Assembly: GCA_973895155.1 (NCBI GenBank) | Contig: OZ316892.1 | Span: 24,885,233-24,949,232, forward strand | Direction of reading: 5' to 3' | Source of the DNA: Marsupella aquatica | Taxonomy: Eukaryota; Plantae; Marchantiophyta | Length of the DNA: 64,000 nt | The notes under the pieces: generated by a model | The model's input: the letters and a program-made list of their open reading frames with translations, nothing else | Told to the model about the DNA's origin: nothing | Database searches by the model: none | Part shown: positions 12,880 to 25,078 of the stretch, piece by piece | Layout of the letters: every line of letters begins with the position of its first letter | Numbering within the stretch: position 1 is the first letter of the stretch | Translations under genes and position numbers: made by a program

Positions 12880-13365
12880 TTTGCCATTATTAGCCAGATG
12901 GGCACCATTGAATAGAGTTTTCTTGAGAAGGACAGCACACATTTTGCGTTGCCATGTTTTCTCGATTATGCTTTGCCATAATCAGGCAGAAGGGCACAGA
13001 TTTGCTCTGGCATTTTACTTCGCCATTGTAAGCCAGAGGGACACTATGAGTAGAACGTCTGCAGAAGAACAGCTGAGATTCTACTGTGCTATTTTTAGTC
13101 AAGAGGGGCACCAGGAATAAAACTTTCTTCAGAATAACAGCTGAGATATTGACGTTGTATTTTTTAGCCAGAGGGGCTCCATGAATAGAACTTTCTTCAG
13201 GATAACAGAATAGATTTTGCTTTGCCATTTTCGTGTTCCTCTCCACGTCTCGCCGGTGTTTTAGCTTCGCGCTGTACCCGGAACTCACCACGTGTATAGT
13301 TTCCTTTAGTAGAGTTTTCTTCGTAACAACAGCTATGATTTTGCGGTGCCATTTTTAGCCAGAAT
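12880..13365. repeat. Degenerate tandem repeat, ~68-bp unit, about 5-6 copies
   Basis: gccatttttagccagagggg(c)accatgaatagaactttcttcagaataacagctgagatt recurs near 12883, 13022, 13090, 13160 and 13348. Confidence 0.7.
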
Positions 13366-13851
13366 GTTCTCAGTGTTCCTTCGCCGTAATGGGCAGGAGG
13401 GCACGGATTTGATCCCTGAAGCCCATCCACTAGAAACACTTAACTTCTTTCAGACGACAAACTTAGTTCATCTATAAAACGAGGGCCAGAACTTTCAGTT
13501 CTTGCGATTGTGCGATCTCCTGCTGGCGAGAAGGTGTGAAGGTCAAGGTCCTTGGGCTCTGTCTGTATCGAGGAATCGGAGTGACTAGGAATTGCCCGAA
13601 GTGTTGCACGGGGGAGAAACCAGTGATGCTTCCACAAAGAAAAGAGGTACACCCGGGAGCAGGGCAAGAGTTTTCAAAACAGAAGAACGAAGAGAACGGA
13701 AGCTGCACGAAGGGTGAACTCAAGCGGAGCCGAAAGCTTCCCGTCACTTTAGTCAGCGACACGCTCTAACGCAGGGAAGAAAAAGAGCAAGAGAACTTAC
13801 TCGGGAGAACATACTTGAGAAGCGATAGCCGAATATTTTAGGGATCACGTG

Positions 13852-14592
13852 ATGAACACCACTGGGATAGTGCCTCCAATGTTTATCGAGGCTTCTCGCC
13901 TGGAAGAAATGGAAGAAATGCTGGGTTATGGGATTCCCAGGAATGAGGAGGCTTTTCAGAATGAAGCGGATTGGGAGGACAATTGGGAGGACAATTCCGA
14001 AACGGATTGGGAGGACAATGCCGAAGCGAATTGGGAGGACAATTCCGAAACGGATAGGGAGGACGATTCCGAACCGGATAGGGAGGACGTCGCCTATCGT
14101 ATGGTTGCGCACGGTGCCCAAGCAGAGCTTGTCGACTTTTTCGACGAGCGGATAGAGGGGGAGTTTAACCACTACGAGCACGATGTCGAAGCGGAGCACG
14201 TCGAGTATGAGGACGGTGCTGACGTGGACGTATACAACGATGCCGAGAACGAGGAGCTTGAGGAGTTTGGGCAGAATGTCGAAAACTGGGAGCAGACGGG
14301 AGAGGGTCATGGGGAGGACGTTGCCTTCTACAACAAGATCGTGGCGGCACTCAACAAGTCGGAGGATGAGCTTGTCGTCGGGGTCCGTAGGCAGTTTTTA
14401 GCTTGCAGCAGAGAGTTTTATCCTCAACATATTTTAGACACTGCTCAACAGAAGACCGAGGAGGACGAAATCCAATATTTGAGAGACGGGAGAGCGGACT
14501 TCAACGCTAAAACTGATAGAGCCATAGAATTGGCAAAAGCTATGGAATTGGCAAAAGCTGACATCCAAGTGCATCGTAGTGCTTCTGTGTGA
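13852..14592 (+). CDS. Unrecognised highly acidic protein (~246 aa) with 8-residue WEDN/REDD repeats; possible in-frame 69-nt intron 14383-14451
   Basis: Long, GC-rich, D/E-dominated ORF with 24-nt internal repeats (ADWEDNWEDNSETDWEDNAEANWEDNSETDREDDSEPDREDV) and a helical-looking C-terminus (RAIELAKAMELAKADI). No family recognised. Confidence 0.6.
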   Translation: MNTTGIVPPMFIEASRLEEMEEMLGYGIPRNEEAFQNEADWEDNWEDNSETDWEDNAEANWEDNSETDREDDSEPDREDVAYRMVAHGAQAELVDFFDERIEGEFNHYEHDVEAEHVEYEDGADVDVYNDAENEELEEFGQNVENWEQTGEGHGEDVAFYNKIVAALNKSEDELVVGVRRQFLACSREFYPQHILDTAQQKTEEDEIQYLRDGRADFNAKTDRAIELAKAMELAKADIQVHRSASV

Positions 14593-15040
14593 CAACATGC
14601 ATGGAGAATCAACAAATTATTTGCGGAAAGTAGTGCGCCTGTGTGACGTGTATGGAGAATCAACAAATTATTTTTTGACAGACAAGAACGAGTGAAAAGC
14701 TTTTTGAAAAGTCATTCAGACGACGTTCATCTGTCTTTCGGGTGGTAATTCCCGCGAACAAGTTATTTCACCCCAATATTGTCTTAAAGGTGCTCGTTCA
14801 ACTCTAAACTGATAGAGCTATAGAATAGGCAAAACCTATGGAATTGGCCAAAGCTGACATCCAAGTGTATCGTATACCAAGTGTATCGTATAGAGTAGTG
14901 CTCCTGTGTGACAATTGTGTGGAGAATCAACAATTTATTTTTTGACACACAAGAATGAGTGAGTAGCTTCTAGAAAAGTAGTTGAGACGACGTTTGGGAG
15001 AAGCATGTCTTTTGGGTGGCAATTTGCACGAACGAGTTTT
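14500..15040 (+). repeat. ~300-bp tandem duplication of the 3' end and 3' flank of the acidic ORF (14500-14770 vs 14797-15040)
   Basis: ttcaac.ctaaa(a)ctgatagagc.atagaa.tggcaaaa.ctatggaattggc.aaagctgacatccaagtg.atcgta...ggagaatcaacaa.ttatttttt(t)gaca.acaagaa.gagtga...agacgacgtt...gggtgg.aatt is present twice. The second copy has indels. Confidence 0.85.
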
Positions 15041-16178
15041 GTGAGTTTCTTTCTTTCTTGTGTTTTGTAGTTTTGTTGTCGTGCTCTTAGTGTCATGTGC
15101 TCTTGTGAATACACTTGCGTCTCAGAAAGTTGATACTTGACAGCATGTGAACTACTTGGACCACAAGCTTGTACTAATGGAGGACAGAAGTGTGTCCCAA
15201 GGGGCCGACCTGCCACAACCGAAGATATGAAGAAAATGCAACTTCAATGACCCTAAGCTGATCCAACCTAAAGAAACTTGGGGGTGGAAGTGAATTGGGC
15301 AGTGTCTCCAAGGTTCACAACCAGAGCTCCTGTAAAGTGTTCTAGGGTCCAGTTTCCTTCACACCACAAAATATGGCTTGCAATCTGAAATTTAAGTAGG
15401 CATAGTTCGGACCATGCGGAGGAAGACGACCAAGCAAGAATCAATCAGGCAGAAACCCTCTGAAGACCTGATGGTGCATTCGGTGCAAGCTACAAGTGTT
15501 TGCACACGCGAAATTACACGTCATTGATGCATTGGGTCCTCGGGCGGGTTGACATTGAGTAATCCCAATTTGGGAAACGGACAGTCTTTGCGAATCACCG
15601 GTATGATCCGAGTGTTTCAATTTGGGGAATTTAGTACATCTGGTTAACAAACCTTAAACGACTAAATCTCAATGAAAAGAAAGAACAGAAAATTCATTGG
15701 AAAAGTTACTCAAACAACAATTTGTCGAGACTTTTCTTTGCCTTTAGGTTTCTCAGCCGGAATTTTTAACCTCCAGTGAACAATTGAGTCAAATTCCAGG
15801 AGATAATTATCGAGCTCTCAGGAAATTCCAAAAAGCCCAACACAACTGGATGTATATCCGCCAAATAGATAACTACACAGCACGAGTCCAAAATCTTCCA
15901 TATGAAATATCAGAACCACCACGACCGCCAATGGCACAAGGAGAATTTGTCATTTCAGTAGCCAGCGGTGAAGTATCTTCTTCTGCAGAGAGGCCGAGCT
16001 TGTGCCCCATTAAAAATCTACACATCTACAGTTCTAACTGCGTAACAATGATACAATGTCAAGGAATATCCAAAGGATAATTTTCGATGACGTTAATGCT
16101 AAGATAACTACTTCGACTACCTCCTGCGAATCTGCTTTGAGGAAGTCGGCTCGCAACACTCCCGTTGACCAATACGAC

Positions 16179-18254
16179 TCATCGAGTGGCCGCAATAACT
16201 CCACCGGCATCTCGGTACTGCTTGCAATTTACTTTCCTGTATTCTGCAAGTGCACGTAAGAAGAGCACAGGATCGTTTAGAGAACCGTTGGCAGTAAGAC
16301 TATAAAACCGAAGAGCATCCTCATGAATGTCAGCTTCAAAGAAGAGTTCAAAGGAAACTCCCTGAAACCCTATGCCATGAATGATAAACACATACCTTCT
16401 TGATTATTCCACAAAGCGGCTGCATAGCTGTTCAAGGGACTATCATTGTTCGGTTCTGCAGAAAAAACCCATCCCAAATTTAGGACCACAAATGTGACAA
16501 GCGGAGTCAACGTACACTGATAGCTCACTGCAAAATGGACCAGAAGAATCAGGGAACCGCTCGATCGAACAAAGACTCGTGGAAAACCAATCAACTCTAC
16601 GGACATGTAAACTGTTCTTTGTCAGGAAATTGACCCATGATGCAAACCGTCGCTCAGCCATTACCTCCCAAAAGACTTTGAATGGAGAGAAGAATCGTTC
16701 GGACATCGTATGCAGACGACCATTTGTCCTACAATCACAAACAACCACAACCACAATATGAGACAATACAATCCAGTTTTGATGAAAACTTCATGAGTTC
16801 GTGTACAACTAGATTGTTCCCAACTCTCAAAACCTGTAGATTGGTTATTACCTGAAGAATGTCAAGACAGATGTTCCCGTACTGATCGACATTGGGATGA
16901 AAGCATGAAGTATCGAATTTGACGCCAGGGGGCTTGAACGGGTAGTCAGTGGGGAATTTTAAGGACAACTTGTATGACAACCCTTCATACACCGTAGTTT
17001 TGCTGCCCTTGATGGTGCCAACCCATGAGAAGATATTATCACCGTCCGGAAAGGCAGAAATGCCAGGGTCTCCGCAAGTCTGCAAATACAGTACGCTCGT
17101 AAGACAAGTGATTCAAAAGGTTGTATGTTCAAGGAAACATTCCAACAAGCAGTCCATCATTCCCAGCTAGAACAAAATCAAATAATTAGGGGACTGTAAC
17201 TTAAGGAAACCAGTCGAAGACAATTACCATGAGAGACATGAGCTCCGATTGCAACCTGTGACATAAATCGAAACACAGAGGCGAGTGCGTCAGCCATACT
17301 CTATTTGAGTTCTAAAGTGATAATGATGACCAAAACAGTGAGCATGTGGCTGTTTTAAGCGCCTTAGTTACAGGATCTTTTCGATTGTGTTACACAATCT
17401 TATTGTCAAGCACAGCAAATTACTTCAAGAGATTTTCCCTTCTCTAACCTCAAGAGTGGAAGGCCAGGTGACAACTAGGGCAACAATCTGAAACAAAATA
17501 GCGTGCAATGCAGCGCAATTGGTGACAGGGCAAGAAGAAAAACCCTAGAATTCAGAGAAAGCGACCCCGTCCCACTCAAACCGGACAAGCACAGCGAAAA
17601 CCGGACCGTTAAGGGCAACAACAGCTCCGCTCTAGAAATCCACGACACGTACTGCTTGAAAGTGGGTGCTTCTGGACAGCAGTCCACAAAAGCGTTCAAG
17701 GCAACGCACGTGTAAAGAAGAAGAATCTCAAGCTTATGACCAGTTGAGATGGGAAGTGGAGACTACTGGGCAATAAACACAAGGAATCGAAAACAGAGAA
17801 GGCCAAACCAATGGTATCATTCACATTCACAGCACACTCGTAATGCCATAGCATGACATGTACAGTACAGTACCGTACAGTACAAAAACCATGGGCCAAA
17901 GACAAGCAACGTTTCCGAGGGAGTAACCCTAACTCATCAATGGCAAGCAACAGCACGACGAGACAAATGGTGAGACAACCTTGCCCATCGGATATTATGA
18001 GCTAGCGGTTAACTTGAGACCCGCCGCAACGAGATTTTCAGGCAAGTGCAGGATTCGGGACACAAAGTGCTATGATTGAAGAAAGAGGGGGAGGAGATAG
18101 CCCACACACACCTTCGAGAGACTGAGTGACTGTCGACAGGCTGAGATACTGCCCTATTTGCTTTCGCATTGGGAGCATGTGCACCAATGGACGCGGTATT
18201 GTTACTTTGCTGCTGGGCCGAAATCGCATCGGTGCCACCACCGTTCATACTCAT
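16179..18254 (-). CDS. UBC19: Ubiquitin-conjugating enzyme E2-C (UBC19/UBC20; APC/C E2), 195 aa; exons 18254-18112, 17255-17228, 17079-16852, 16728-16665, 16455-16396, 16243-16179
   Basis: Spliced translation: ...[145 protein letters not shown]... HPN and the active-site Cys (ICLDIL) are intact. All five introns are GT-AG and in phase (588 nt in total). Confidence 0.93.
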
Positions 18255-19549
18255 ACTTCCCGCACCAAACTTGATGCGTCCTAAACTCGCTAGCAGATCT
18301 TCTCCTCAACGACACGACTGCACTCGCAGAGATGACTGTCCAACCACTCGCCCGTTGTCGTCAAGATCGGTCCCGAATATAACCTTCAACACCCAGAATA
18401 GATCACTTCAACCGAACCCGCCAGAGGCCAGCCCAGTGTCGAACTACACCAGCTAATCTATCGCCTCGAGAATAAATTTCAAACGGGAGCCCCGGGGGGA
18501 ACACTCTCTCTCTCTCGTGCACCACCACTGCCTCGAGTGACTACACAACCGCACGCCACCAAAACTGAAAACGAAACGAGAAATGACGGCACAGCTTGAA
18601 GGTTCAAAAGAACGAACGAGCACCGCACTACAAGACCATCGTACAATAGTCGTGCGTCCCGTCCGTCCGCCTACTTCCTTCCCCTAAACACGGAACCGCC
18701 CCGCGCCCAAATCTGTAATTACCGAGTACGTCTGTATCGAAACACCACAACCACCACCGCCACCACCGAGACACGCCGTCGAGACGGAGTCGAAGAACAA
18801 AATATCACCAGGTCTCCCGCACAGCTTTCCGGCAATGAGTCCGCTGCGATATGCGACTAACACACGGCTAATTACCCAGCCAGCAATGAAACAATCGCAC
18901 AGAGAAGGATGGAGCAAATAATACCACTCTGCGACGACGCCAGAGTTGCTCGCATAGCCACGGCACGGCAAGGCGAGGCAAAGGCGGGAACGAGGAAAAC
19001 AGCACGAGATCCGGTCTCCCGATAACTTTCACGAACGAACAAAAGTATGATCACCGCAGCGAGCGGGCAGGCAAAAGTAGGAAGCAATTCTCTCGGCGAA
19101 CTTCTGAGACACTCTCCCTCCTCTCTCCTCCTCCTCTGCTTTGCTCTTCCACTTCGGGGCTTTCTATCGGAGAAAGCGAGAGCCGAGAAGACCGAACATG
19201 TAAGATTCCGGAACGCGAGGGAACCGAACGACGATGTATATTGCGAGCAAATTCCTAGGCGGAGACAGAGGAGGACAGAAACAGGGGAAATGGGTGCCGA
19301 TCCAAAGACGAACAGAGCGCAACAGACGAAAACAGAGCAGAGAAATTGAGCGCATGCGAAACAGGGGAATGTGAGACGACGAGAGGGAGGACGAAAGGCG
19401 GGGCAAAAGGGTGCGTCACTGCCGGGTCAGGTCGGGTCGGGTCGGGACGCACCGAAACACTGCCACAAAGGGTTCGCGCCACGCGTCCTATTTCCTGTGG
19501 ACGAGGATACTCTGACCCGGGGTTCATCCTCGTCTAGGACCGGTGCTCC

Positions 19550-19785
19550 GGCCAACTGGAGACCAACGTCAGCGTAATTGGACCGTTGAGGACCGGCTCG
19601 TTTGAATTCGGACGGTCGGGATGGAGGCGCTGGCCCGCCATCGATGAGGGAGGGACAGCGGAATCGCCATATCAGCCTGCCTCCGTAACTTCCTCTTTTG
19701 ACTGTTGGAACGTAACCCAAGAGTAGGGCCGTCGTATTGATTTTTTTCCTCCGGACGGTAACCTGCGTCCGTTTTTGAAACCCCA
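19550..19785 (-). promoter_or_regulatory. Cluster of MSA-like (AACGG) and TTTGAA (CHR-like) elements upstream of UBC19/20
   Basis: GACCGTTGAG at 19581 (reverse complement CTCAACGGTC), TTTGAA at 19601, GACTGTTGGA at 19700 and GTCCGTTTTTGAAA at 19767, at the upstream edge of a GC-rich island. MSA elements bound by MYB3R proteins are the known G2/M cis-element. Confidence 0.5.
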
Positions 19786-22700
19786 AATTTGGGAAGGGAC
19801 GTTGACGAGGGTTTGAGACAGAAGAGAAATGTGGGATAGCCTCTGGTTACATTATTAGTGCGTCTCAAAATATCAAGATTGTCTTCTTTTCTAACTCAAT
19901 TATTATTAGAGTAAATAGTAAATATTTGCGAGAGTATATCTTTTTGTTGGCGAGAAGCAACGTACTCTGGCTCAATTGTAACCAATAATCTGAGCAATTC
20001 CCCCCTGACTCTAGGCACAGTCCAAGATTTTCAAAAATTGCTATTGAAGAAGGCACACTGGCTGGCATGTGAGATATTTAGAGCCGCATTGTGAAGGGCT
20101 GGGAACATGGGAGTTGGCCCTTAGGCTTGACGAGGTGAGGACTACTCCATTTGGGGTGGCTCCCTCTTCTCATTTTCTAAATTCCTAAACTGGGGCCCAT
20201 AAACAAGAGTTAAAGGATTCACCAATCTGTGACTTTTGATCACAGCCCAACTTTGACATGCCCTATTTGCTCGTACAATGAATGTTTTCTAAAGTGCTGT
20301 AATGCTTGGGGACAGAGCGCCATGCACTGCATGGTTAATGTTTCATGCACCAATGCACAAAGGCTAAGCAAGTGTTTTGAAATTCTTTCCCTGAAATTTT
20401 GCAGCAATGATTTGCCATTTAATGTAATTGTGCAAAGTGTCTATTTTTGCATTTTTTGACATACAAAATTGACACACACATATCTATGCGCTCATGAGTG
20501 CTGACTTTTCTCCTTTGCAAGTTCTCAGAGTGTCTCCCTTTATTTTTTATCGCCCACCAAACCCATTGATGATTAGGAATTAGCATCATTTTTAAACTTT
20601 GATAATATCACTACCAGAATAAATGAAAGGGACTAAAGAAGGGAATGTAGTATCAAAAGGAATGAAAGGGGAATAAGGGAAGGTGGCCCCCTCTTGTTCT
20701 TGTCACAAGGGTCTGGTAGCCATCTGAGCCAGTAGCCCTCATCCATAGCCGTCCACACCCGCTACCGCCCCCCCCCCCCCCCGCGCGCCCCCCACCTAGC
20801 CCATAGCCTTTCTATCGCAGAATTTCCTAACATATTCTTAGCTCAAATAAAGTGTTTCTTTTATTAAAAAACCTCACTTGTTTGCCTGGAAAATATATAT
20901 ATATATATTTCACAATTCCAAAGGGCAAAAAAGTCAAACAGGGAGACAGGATCCCACTGGCAAAACAACCCAATGAAGGGGGGAGAAAAGAGGGGCAAAG
21001 GCCCCCAGAAGACCAGAGGGTCCAACAAGCTAAGGGGTGTTAAAAAAGTTAATTAATGTTCCAGAGTACTTGGATGCATCTTTCTTGGTTTTCACTTGGA
21101 CGCCTCATGTTCAAAGCAAAGTCATCCAAATGACTGGGAGCTTGGTCCTTAGGACTTGGGTGCCCTTGGAGACAGGAAAAGCCCTATAAAAACATCTAAA
21201 CCAGAAATGCCTCCAAAAAGGTAAAACAGAAAGTTAAGTCACAAAAGCTCTGAAACGAGGAGGGGGCTTGGGTCCTTTTGGACAACCCACAGCCCTAGAA
21301 GGATCAATGTCCAGGATTTGTTGGCCCTCCGTCTTCCAGCCCTCCACCCTCCATTCCATAATTTAATGCATTTTTTCAAGACCAAATGGTTTTATCAGCT
21401 AACAAGCATTTTTGCGCTCTGAGCAAATGAGTTTCATCCTCTATCATGTAAAAAACATATTAATGAGTTTTACCCAAAGTGACGTGGAGATCGAAGCTTT
21501 TCTCATTTTGTCTACATTGAGCTAAAACTACATTTTTATTTTTATTCAGCAAAACAAAAATTCTTTAACCCAGCAAAGTTTACCCTTCAACAAACATGTT
21601 CTAACTTGCCACTCTGTCATGGGCCCAAAGTCTTTCCAAACTGCCCACATTAAAGGGGCTAGCTGCGTTGTTGTGTGGTGTTGCCAAGCACTACAGTATT
21701 CACTTTGGATGTTGGAGAGAAGTGTTTACTTACCTGATTATGCACAATCTATTATTTTCTAATACTCTATGTAATCATCATGGTTATGCGCTGTATCTTT
21801 TGATTATTTTACACATACTTTTCATATATTTCATGCATGGCTTTCATGTCAGCCACATTAGAGTGTCAACTCAAGTGATCATGATGCCTACTTTTACATG
21901 GCATACTTAAATAAGCAATCATTTTCTAAAATATTTTCAACCTTATCATTATTCTTGTTATTTTGAAAGAGCTTTGCAAAAAGAGATTGGTTGGTGAGAC
22001 TTAGATTGACACACCAAAATACAGTATTACAAAACCTTGTAAGTTCTGTTATAAATCTTTAAATAGTCTTATGCATGTAACTTAATGTTTAGTTTGTGTC
22101 TACTGGGTTATATGAGCCCCTTCGGCAGATTGTCAAGCCTTGGTGTTAATTGGGGCTTGTCTTTTGTTAGTTTTAGGTTCCATGGATATAAATGCCACCT
22201 TGTAAGGTAGGAGATGAAAATAAAATGCCGGTCCAGCCCAGGAGACAATCAAAGCACAAGATAGGTGAGAATGATTAGGCTAAAGAGAGTGTCTTAGGAA
22301 ACTGCTAGAAACCCTAAGAAATGTACAATATGCTCTTAAATAGTACTTACAGGGAATGCTAACTTAACAATGCAAGGGTATGTTAAATTCATTGTGAACT
22401 CATTATCATAAATTAGTTTGAAGTAGCAAAGCAATGTAAATATAGATTTGTCCATTTATGAGTAGGCCTACAAGAACTGTGCAAAATATTGGTTATATGG
22501 GAGTGGTACATATTGGATGTGCCACCCATCATTTTATGACTGGTTTTTGTGTCAAGTGCTCATCAAACATGTGGCATGGGATATCTTAAATAATTGATAT
22601 ATCGATGTGCTGTGGTAGATAATGGTATGGTGATTTATATGGTTGGTAATTACAATGACATATAGAAAGGGTTGCAGTGTGGATTTATGGTTTGGGGCGG

Positions 22701-23539
22701 GTTGAAGGTGTGTTTGGGCAGGTTTGGAGGAATTTAGGTGTAAGGGGTGGACATGATTGATGCTAATGGCCCGGCTAATGGATGGCCAGGACGGATACCC
22801 TTCTCAGCTCGAGCAGCCCGGAGTTAGCCCAATGTGTTTATTTGGTCAGTCCTCGTTAGCCCTACCCAACTCACTGTGCCCTCTGGCCTTTTGCATTATT
22901 TATACAATCAAGGTGATTATATAACTGTGCCCAAAGTAGAGCACATGCATTGATGCTCAAAAGGCACCTTGCAGGGGTAGTTGTGTTCTGGATAAAATGA
23001 TAGGCATGCATCATCTCCAAGTGTGTTTGGATTCAATTGGAATTGGTTTTGTGGGCCCACCCTCCCATCTCCCTAAAGCAATTTTTAAACTCAATGGGAA
23101 ACAAGTACTTGGAAATGTTTTTAAATGTTGTATCAAAATGGTGTCCCATGTTGTATGAGTCCTACTTGACCATCTATGATTATTTGAACAAAACATGTGT
23201 TGTCATTGAGCAATTGGAAGACAACGCCCTTTAATTGGATCTCCATATTACTATTGGTCATCCCTCTTCCCCCTAATTTTCAATTGCTTGTATCTTCATG
23301 ATCATTGAAGCCAATTGTCTTGATCAACTTCAATCTTGGATCTTTTTCATGTTGCAATTTATTTATCTCTTACTTGTCTTCAAATCCCTGTTTAATCATG
23401 AACCTAACCTAACACATTCCAATACGAGTGTCATCACTAGTTTCTTTTTTAATTCTTGTCCACATTTTATAGTAGTTAACTTGGAAGTTTGAGTCCAGAT
23501 GACCCTCAACCCATTTCCAATGGCTCCCTTGTCTATGCA

Positions 23540-24660
23540 TGAAACCTCTCGTATGCTTAGAATGCTTGTAAAGTTTTGGAGAGTTTTCCATTGAGCTTCA
23601 CATTGTCAAATATAATATATTATTAATTAAAGAAATCACAAAATTTTGAAATTATTAACCATCGATTGATACTCTAGCTATGGTGCCAACAATTCTTTTT
23701 TCAAATTTCTCCCTAATCTTTCAATGAAACATTTTATGCTTAGAATTCTTAGAGCCATTTTAGAAACATATTTTAAATGAGCCTAACATTATCAAATTTT
23801 GTCAAGTATTGAAGATCTCACAAATTGCTGAATTACTCTACATTTCCTTGATTGTCTATGTAGTCAACAATATCGATTTCAAATTCCTGTCTCATCTCTC
23901 AATAAGGCCTTTCATGACTAGAATTCTTAGAAAAGTTTTTGAGAGTTTTTCAATGAGCCTAACATTGTTATATTTCATGGAGTACTAAAGAGCTCAAGGA
24001 ATTCTGAATAGTTTTGCCCATAATTCCTTCCAAATATAGCTATGTTGTCACCAAGGCGTGCTTCTCACTAGTCTCTGAATGAAACCTTTTGTGCTACACA
24101 GCATCTTAGAAAATCATCACATTAAGAATAAGTCTAACATTGGTAGATTTTGTCAGGTACTAAAGAGATCATGACTTTCTCAAATTTTGTAGGTTTTCAA
24201 TGAACCTCACATTGGCAGAGTTTTTGTCAAATACCGGATGACTTTTAATTTTCTCTCCCTTTCCAATGAGTTTGACTTTAAAAGATTTTGTGAAGTCCCA
24301 CAAAGATCATGGGTTCATGAATTCTTTTATCTTCCCAACATTGAGTCTGTTTTGTCAAGTACTTAGGAGATCATGAGTTTTTGCATCCTTCTAGCTTTCT
24401 AGTGTGTGACATTAATTAAGAGTTTTTGTCAAGTATTAAAGAGATCAAGAGTTTATGAATTTCTCTAGCTTTCAAATAACTTAACATTGACAGATATTGT
24501 CTAGTACTAACGAGATTATGAATTTCTAATTTTCTCTAGTTGTCCAACAAGTGTCACATTGGGAGATTTTATCAAGTATTAAAGAGGTCAGGAGTTTCTA
24601 AATTTCTCTAGCTTTCCAAGGTGTATAACATTGAAAGATTTCATGAAGTACTAAGGAGAA
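23540..24660. repeat. AT-rich degenerate tandem array (~180-bp units grading into ~70-bp units)
   Basis: Recurring aatgagcctaacatt...agattttgtcaagta(c/t)taaagagatca(t/a)gagttt.t.aatttctctagcttt motif, more than 10 copies. Confidence 0.7.
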
Positions 24661-24679
24661 AAACTATTTTGTTTCACAT

Positions 24680-25078
24680 TGTGGAGCCCAAGGGGTTCTA
24701 ACTATTTATATTTCTATCGTTTGATTTTTTCAAAAACTTGGATTTTTCAAGCATACAAGTATTTTGCTAAAAACACTGATATATCATTTATTAAGGAGGT
24801 TAACTCAGTCTTAGGTTCATGTTCTCATAATGCCCCGCATAATGCTCACATTCTCACTGGTGTGAACACCCACAAGAGAGTGCTCAAGAGAAAACGCATA
24901 GCACATAGCAAGAGATGAGCAGTTGAAGAGAAAGAGTTATGGTGATGCTTCTAAGTAGACACACATCCACTAATAAAGCTTTGTCAATCCCGTGGATGTA
25001 GCCAATTATGAGGTGAACTACCTAACAATTAAATAAGTGTATGGCTTGAGTGTTTTACTGGTCAGATTTCTCCCCACA
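24680..25078 (+). mobile_element. Probable LTR-retrotransposon (Copia-like) solo LTR remnant
   Basis: Ends TGTGG...CCACA and contains CCCGTGGATGTAGCC...GGTGAACTAC and a terminal TTTCTCCCCACA, all shared with the solo LTR at 53079-53361. No clear TSD. Confidence 0.45.

Noticed and set aside
13753-14310. 185-aa minus-strand ORF with IVLPIRFG repeats
   Set aside because: Antisense shadow of the acidic plus-strand ORF and its 24-nt repeats.
20609-20660. CACTACCAGAAT followed by GGGACTAAAG as a second CACTA terminus
   Set aside because: No partner TIR or subterminal repeat array was found, so support is insufficient.
20766-20795. Long C-run (possible G-quadruplex on the minus strand)
   Set aside because: Simple homopolymer within repeat-derived DNA with no functional context.
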